64,000 bases of DNA from Desulfomonilia bacterium. GTDB lineage: Bacteria > Desulfobacterota > Desulfomonilia > UBA1062. Under the pieces are notes generated by a model that was not told the DNA's origin, ran no database searches, and saw only the letters and a list, made by a program, of their open reading frames with translations. The DNA lies in the NCBI GenBank assembly GCA_963664325.2, contig CAXXDQ010000002.1:160001-224000 (forward strand). The letters are read 5' to 3'. Positions 60,273 through 64,000 of the stretch are shown piece by piece. Made by a program: the position numbers and the translations under genes. Within the stretch, counting starts at the first letter, position 1; every line of letters begins with the position of its first letter.

Positions 60273-60926
60273 TCAATTTATCACAGCTATTGCCCTGACA
60301 GGCGAACCGTCTGAATTTATCAGCTTAAGAGGGAAGCAGCAGAATATAAAACTTCTCTCTGCCAATTCAGATAAATTTGAAAGATTCTCGATGATGACAA
60401 TATTCCTGCTCAGAAATATCTTATGAATTTCCATATCTGTTGTTTCAGGCTGGTCAATCGAAATCATGTCAATACCGACACCTTTTAACTTGAATCCCGC
60501 AAGCCATACTGCAGCATCTCTTGTGAGGACAGGATATCCTTTGAAATATTCATTCTCACCCCAGTATTTTCCCCAGCCGGTATGCAGAAGCACGTAGTCC
60601 TTTATTTTCAGAATGTCTTTGTATGGCATCAGTTCGCTTAATTCAATACTTCGATTTTTTATGACATTCCGGGACAGATCAATTACAACCCCGCTTCCGA
60701 TAAAATGGTTGACACCCAAATCCTCAAGGCTTGGTGCATCTGTCAGTATATGTAACGGGGCATCCATATGGGTTCCTGTATGCGAATAAAGGGTGATCTT
60801 CTTTTCCGCAAAGCCACACTGTTCAATGGTGCAGGGATTTGTTATTACGGGCTGCTCGGTTCCGGGGTAAACAGGCATGTCTTCTGAAATTGTGCGGCTG
60901 AGGTCAACAACATGGCCAATGATCAT
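60273..60926 (-). CDS. Cyclase-family metal hydrolase (kynurenine formamidase-like)
   Basis: DLS, HTGTHMDAPLH, GID..S.D, IIENL, DGSPVRA. Confidence 0.92.
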   Translation of the reverse strand: MIIGHVVDLSRTISEDMPVYPGTEQPVITNPCTIEQCGFAEKKITLYSHTGTHMDAPLHILTDAPSLEDLGVNHFIGSGVVIDLSRNVIKNRSIELSELMPYKDILKIKDYVLLHTGWGKYWGENEYFKGYPVLTRDAAVWLAGFKLKGVGIDMISIDQPETTDMEIHKIFLSRNIVIIENLSNLSELAERSFIFCCFPLKLINSDGSPVRAIAVIN

Positions 60927-60981
60927 ATTTTCTCCCATCAATTTAATGAATCAGGTGATGAATGAAAGACAATCAGCATTA

Positions 60982-61884
60982 TTACCAGCGGTTCCAGTTG
61001 TGATCCAGCTTTCCAATACCGTTTATGTTGACGGTCTTGCCCCTGATCACGGCTTCGCCTTTAACCTCGAGCAGCTGCTCGTAGTAGTCAATATGGATAT
61101 ACTCTATCAGAGGTGGAATTCCCATGCGGGTATGATGTCCTGCAATCGGGGTTATGATTAAATCAAGATCAGGTGATTTGACTGTCCAGGGTTTTTCGGG
61201 CCGGGCCGGGTCAAATCCGAAATGAGCCGGAGAATATAGATAATTCATTTCTCTATCTTGCCAGAGGCATGTGTAATGATGAGGAACCCCTGCATCATAA
61301 TAGCAACTCAGAACGACTCCTGCGACATCCTTACCCCAGAAATGCAGCCAGTGAGCGGTTGAATGCCGGGGCTGTACACCCCAGTTGTGTTCATGGTAGC
61401 CGACGCCGATTAATTTGTATTCCGAACCCTCGATCTTTATTGTCCCTGTGGCTTCATTATTTATAAACTGGTTAATCGTGTAGTCGATATGCCGGGTAAG
61501 CAGACGGTTGGCATGAAGCGGAGCAATGGGTATATGGAAGCACTGGGCCTTTATTTTGTCGGTTGATACGTCGATGATCCAGCCCTGTTCGGCGCTTCCG
61601 GAGAATCTCATGTATCCCCATTTCCCGCTTGCGGATAATTTTACCCTGCTGCCGGGCTCTGCAGTAAAAGAGCCCATGTGGTCTTCAGTGAAGCGCCTGT
61701 TATTTTTATAATCGATTATCTTTATGGAGACATAACTTGAAGGAAGGGCCTTAAGAGCAAGGAAGACATAATAGAGCTTCTGTTCGGTATCGATACCTTC
61801 AAAATACCACCACTGCTTTTTTCTGACCAGTCCGGTTATGCCGAACCTCGAACCGTCTATTTCGATGCGCCCTTCATTCTGCAT
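60982..61884 (-). CDS. Hypothetical protein, AttH/tocopherol-cyclase-like beta fold
   Basis: QWWYF and GYHEHNWG motifs; GGAG RBS. Confidence 0.55.
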   Translation of the reverse strand: MQNEGRIEIDGSRFGITGLVRKKQWWYFEGIDTEQKLYYVFLALKALPSSYVSIKIIDYKNNRRFTEDHMGSFTAEPGSRVKLSASGKWGYMRFSGSAEQGWIIDVSTDKIKAQCFHIPIAPLHANRLLTRHIDYTINQFINNEATGTIKIEGSEYKLIGVGYHEHNWGVQPRHSTAHWLHFWGKDVAGVVLSCYYDAGVPHHYTCLWQDREMNYLYSPAHFGFDPARPEKPWTVKSPDLDLIITPIAGHHTRMGIPPLIEYIHIDYYEQLLEVKGEAVIRGKTVNINGIGKLDHNWNRW

Positions 61885-61893
61885 AAATGCTCC

Positions 61894-62553
61894 TTAAAGT
61901 TTTTCCTTTATGAACGCCACCGCTCCCAGCATGGAATCAAACATGAAATCGGGGCTTGCTTCCGCCAGCTCGTCGCGCGCACCGTAACCGTAGGTTACTG
62001 CCGCCGTTATTATTCCGTTTGCCTTTCCCCCGATTATATCATGTTTCCTATCGCCGATTATCATCGTATTTTGAGCATTGAGGTTTTCCTTTGTAATTAT
62101 GTGTTCTATAAGATGTGCCTTTTCCGTAAGCTTGCCGTCCAGCATACTGCCGTAGGCGGCATCGAAAAATTTCATGATGTCCATGAATTCGAGAATTCTC
62201 AGTGCATAGACTTCGGGTTTTGAAGTCGCGAGCACTATTTTCCGACCGGTGTTTCTTATGGTTTCGAGCGCTTCAGGTATTTCGGGGTAGAGTATGTTTT
62301 CATACATCCCGACATCTCCGAACCTTTCTCTGTAGTGTGCGAGCGCCCTGGAAAGCAGCTGTTCATCCGATGTATTAAGAAGTTTTGAGAACGAGGTTTT
62401 GAGAGGAGGTCCGATAACCCATATCAAGCTGTCTGTGTCAGGGACGCCTGTTCCCATTTTATCGAGGGCATATTGAACGCACCGCGTGATGCCTTCTTTC
62501 GGGTCTGTGAGGGTTCCGTCTAGATCGAACAGGATTGTCTCAATGTCTTTCAT
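61894..62553 (-). CDS. HAD-superfamily phosphatase (phosphoglycolate phosphatase/nucleotidase-like)
   Basis: FDLDGTLTD, ATSK, IGDRKHD, YGYG. Confidence 0.92.
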   Translation of the reverse strand: MKDIETILFDLDGTLTDPKEGITRCVQYALDKMGTGVPDTDSLIWVIGPPLKTSFSKLLNTSDEQLLSRALAHYRERFGDVGMYENILYPEIPEALETIRNTGRKIVLATSKPEVYALRILEFMDIMKFFDAAYGSMLDGKLTEKAHLIEHIITKENLNAQNTMIIGDRKHDIIGGKANGIITAAVTYGYGARDELAEASPDFMFDSMLGAVAFIKEKL

Positions 62554-62614
62554 GGGTAAAACTGCCTTCAACAAGCCGAAGAAAAAAAGAAAGTCTATTC
62601 AATAAATTAAAAAC

Positions 62615-62690
62615 TGGTGCCGAGGGAGGGAGTTGAACCCCCGACACGGGGATTTTCAGTCCCCTGCTCTACCAACTGAGCTACCTCGGC
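62615..62690 (-). tRNA. tRNA-Phe (GAA)
   Basis: GCCGAGGTAGCTCAGTTGGTAGAGCAGGGGACTGAAAATCCCCGTGTCGGGGGTTCAACTCCCTCCCTCGGCACCA, 76 nt with CCA. Confidence 0.97.
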
Positions 62691-62725
62691 ACACCGGAGT
62701 TGTCTATTGAATTTGTGGAATGTTG

Positions 62726-63010
62726 TCAAGAAATTTTATCTTCTCCGAAATCAAAGCTGGTACCCTTGTTTCCACTTTGTTTCAATAGATCTTCCGTCGA
62801 GGTCGGACCTGTTTGTTTTTGCGTATTTCCGAGGATATCTTTAGACATGTCGCCAACCCTATTAATCAAGAAGCCTTCGTCACCCGTATTCAGTTCCGGT
62901 TGCTTTGTATAGATGTTTAATTTTATTTTTGCCTGAACCATGTCTTCTCCGCAACTTTTACATCTGTCCAGATAATCGAAGCTCGTATAGCCGCACCTTG
63001 TACACTTCAT
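62726..63010 (-). CDS. Small zinc-ribbon protein
   Basis: MKCTRCGY.SF...DRCKSCG; AGGAGG RBS. Confidence 0.75.
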   Translation of the reverse strand: MKCTRCGYTSFDYLDRCKSCGEDMVQAKIKLNIYTKQPELNTGDEGFLINRVGDMSKDILGNTQKQTGPTSTEDLLKQSGNKGTSFDFGEDKIS

Positions 63011-63286
63011 ATTGCTGACCTCCTTAAGTATTATTTTTTTTATCGGTCAAAGAGATAAAATTCATTAATACGATATTTTATCATTCGCAATCGTAACCTT
63101 TTTATAAAATGTATCATTATGCTTGTGTGGAAAACGTTGGGATATATATGAAATTATTTGCCACTCAATGTATTTTGTTTTAAATAAACTTAGAGATATC
63201 GATAAGTTATTTAAGTACATAAAGGCATATTAATTGCATAATATTTTTAATTACTTTTATATGTTTATTAAATATTTGGAGGAAAT

Positions 63287-64000
63287 ATGAAAAGGTTTTT
63301 TTTGCTGCTTGCTTTATTGGTCGGTTTGAATACTGCCTGTTCCACATCGAATGATAATACAACCGGGACAAACAGCATTGCCCCAGCCGAATCAAATATC
63401 AAGGCAGATGCGATCACATCCGCCCTCAATCAACAGGGATTTGAAGTTGTCAAACAGGTGGTTATAAACGGAGATGTAGGTGTCCTGGCAAAGCTTCCGG
63501 GGAGCCTCGATAACAAACGCTGTATTGTTCTTACTGGGAAGCCATACAGCCTTGGTTATGAGATGGGAAAACTGCTACCGAACGGCACATATAACATGGT
63601 GAAGGTTTATACAGATAACCTTATTGAGGAATATGCCTATGTCAAGAAAGGCACTGTTTTATTCGATATGGTAAAAGAAATGGCTACTTCTGTTGCAAAA
63701 TCGGCTGTTACCAAAGATGGAGCGATACCTGATTATTTAGAAGAAGAAATGAAAGGGGTCGCTGACGGTGCTAACTCAGCCAATTCGTCTTTTAAACAAA
63801 TAACCGCTGATGACGTGCTTGTCCTGAATGAAGGACTGGATTCACTTTATTCAATTCTTTTTACCCACAAACTTCCAAATACCGAGGGTGCCACGCAGGA
63901 TATACTGGGATGTAACGGATTTGTTGTTTCCGGTAACGCAACTGTCGGAGGAAAGGTTTATCATGGCAGGGACTTCATGCTTGCAACCGGTGGCGTCTAC
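63287..64000 (+). CDS. C45-family Ntn hydrolase lipoprotein, truncated by window end
   Basis: Own translation: MKRFFLLLALLVGLNTAC, G.PY.LGYEMG, EEMKGVADG, G|CNGF...ATVGGKVYHGRDF; GGAGG RBS; open to the end. Confidence 0.8.
   Translation, partial: MKRFFLLLALLVGLNTACSTSNDNTTGTNSIAPAESNIKADAITSALNQQGFEVVKQVVINGDVGVLAKLPGSLDNKRCIVLTGKPYSLGYEMGKLLPNGTYNMVKVYTDNLIEEYAYVKKGTVLFDMVKEMATSVAKSAVTKDGAIPDYLEEEMKGVADGANSANSSFKQITADDVLVLNEGLDSLYSILFTHKLPNTEGATQDILGCNGFVVSGNATVGGKVYHGRDFMLATGGVY

Noticed and set aside
62615-62690. Genomic island integrated at tRNA-Phe
   Set aside because: No integrase and no duplicated tRNA 3' end noticed in the window

Overview
A 64-kb chromosomal window, gene-dense, most consistent with an anaerobic Desulfobacterota (deltaproteobacterial) genome; the taxonomy is inferred from gene content only. 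Left to right: a Cys-rich RiPP-precursor-like peptide at the edge; an Ig-like plus 8x52-aa repeat lipoprotein; a C45 Ntn-hydrolase divergent from a fused EutB-EutC ethanolamine ammonia-lyase; lipid-catabolic enzymes; a patch bounded by ~119-bp MITE-like elements carrying an AT-rich esterase and an orphan antitoxin; a GntR-controlled glycoside/sugar-acid operon ending in argC; coaE-pdxST; AspT-type antiporter and cysteine desulfidase-like gene; GH92; acyl-CoA dehydrogenase; two omptins; a cluster strongly resembling the actinobacterial methylmannose-polysaccharide genes (ManT, O-methyltransferase, MmpH-like, MeT1) extended by an acyltransferase and a B12 radical SAM enzyme; purM; a ribD-ribE-ribBA-ribH-nusB-larC-larB-larE operon; a complete N-ATPase operon (atpDCQRBEFAG); OmpA, several hydrolases, tRNA-Phe and a truncated second C45 lipoprotein. 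All family calls come from motif recognition by eye, not from database searches.
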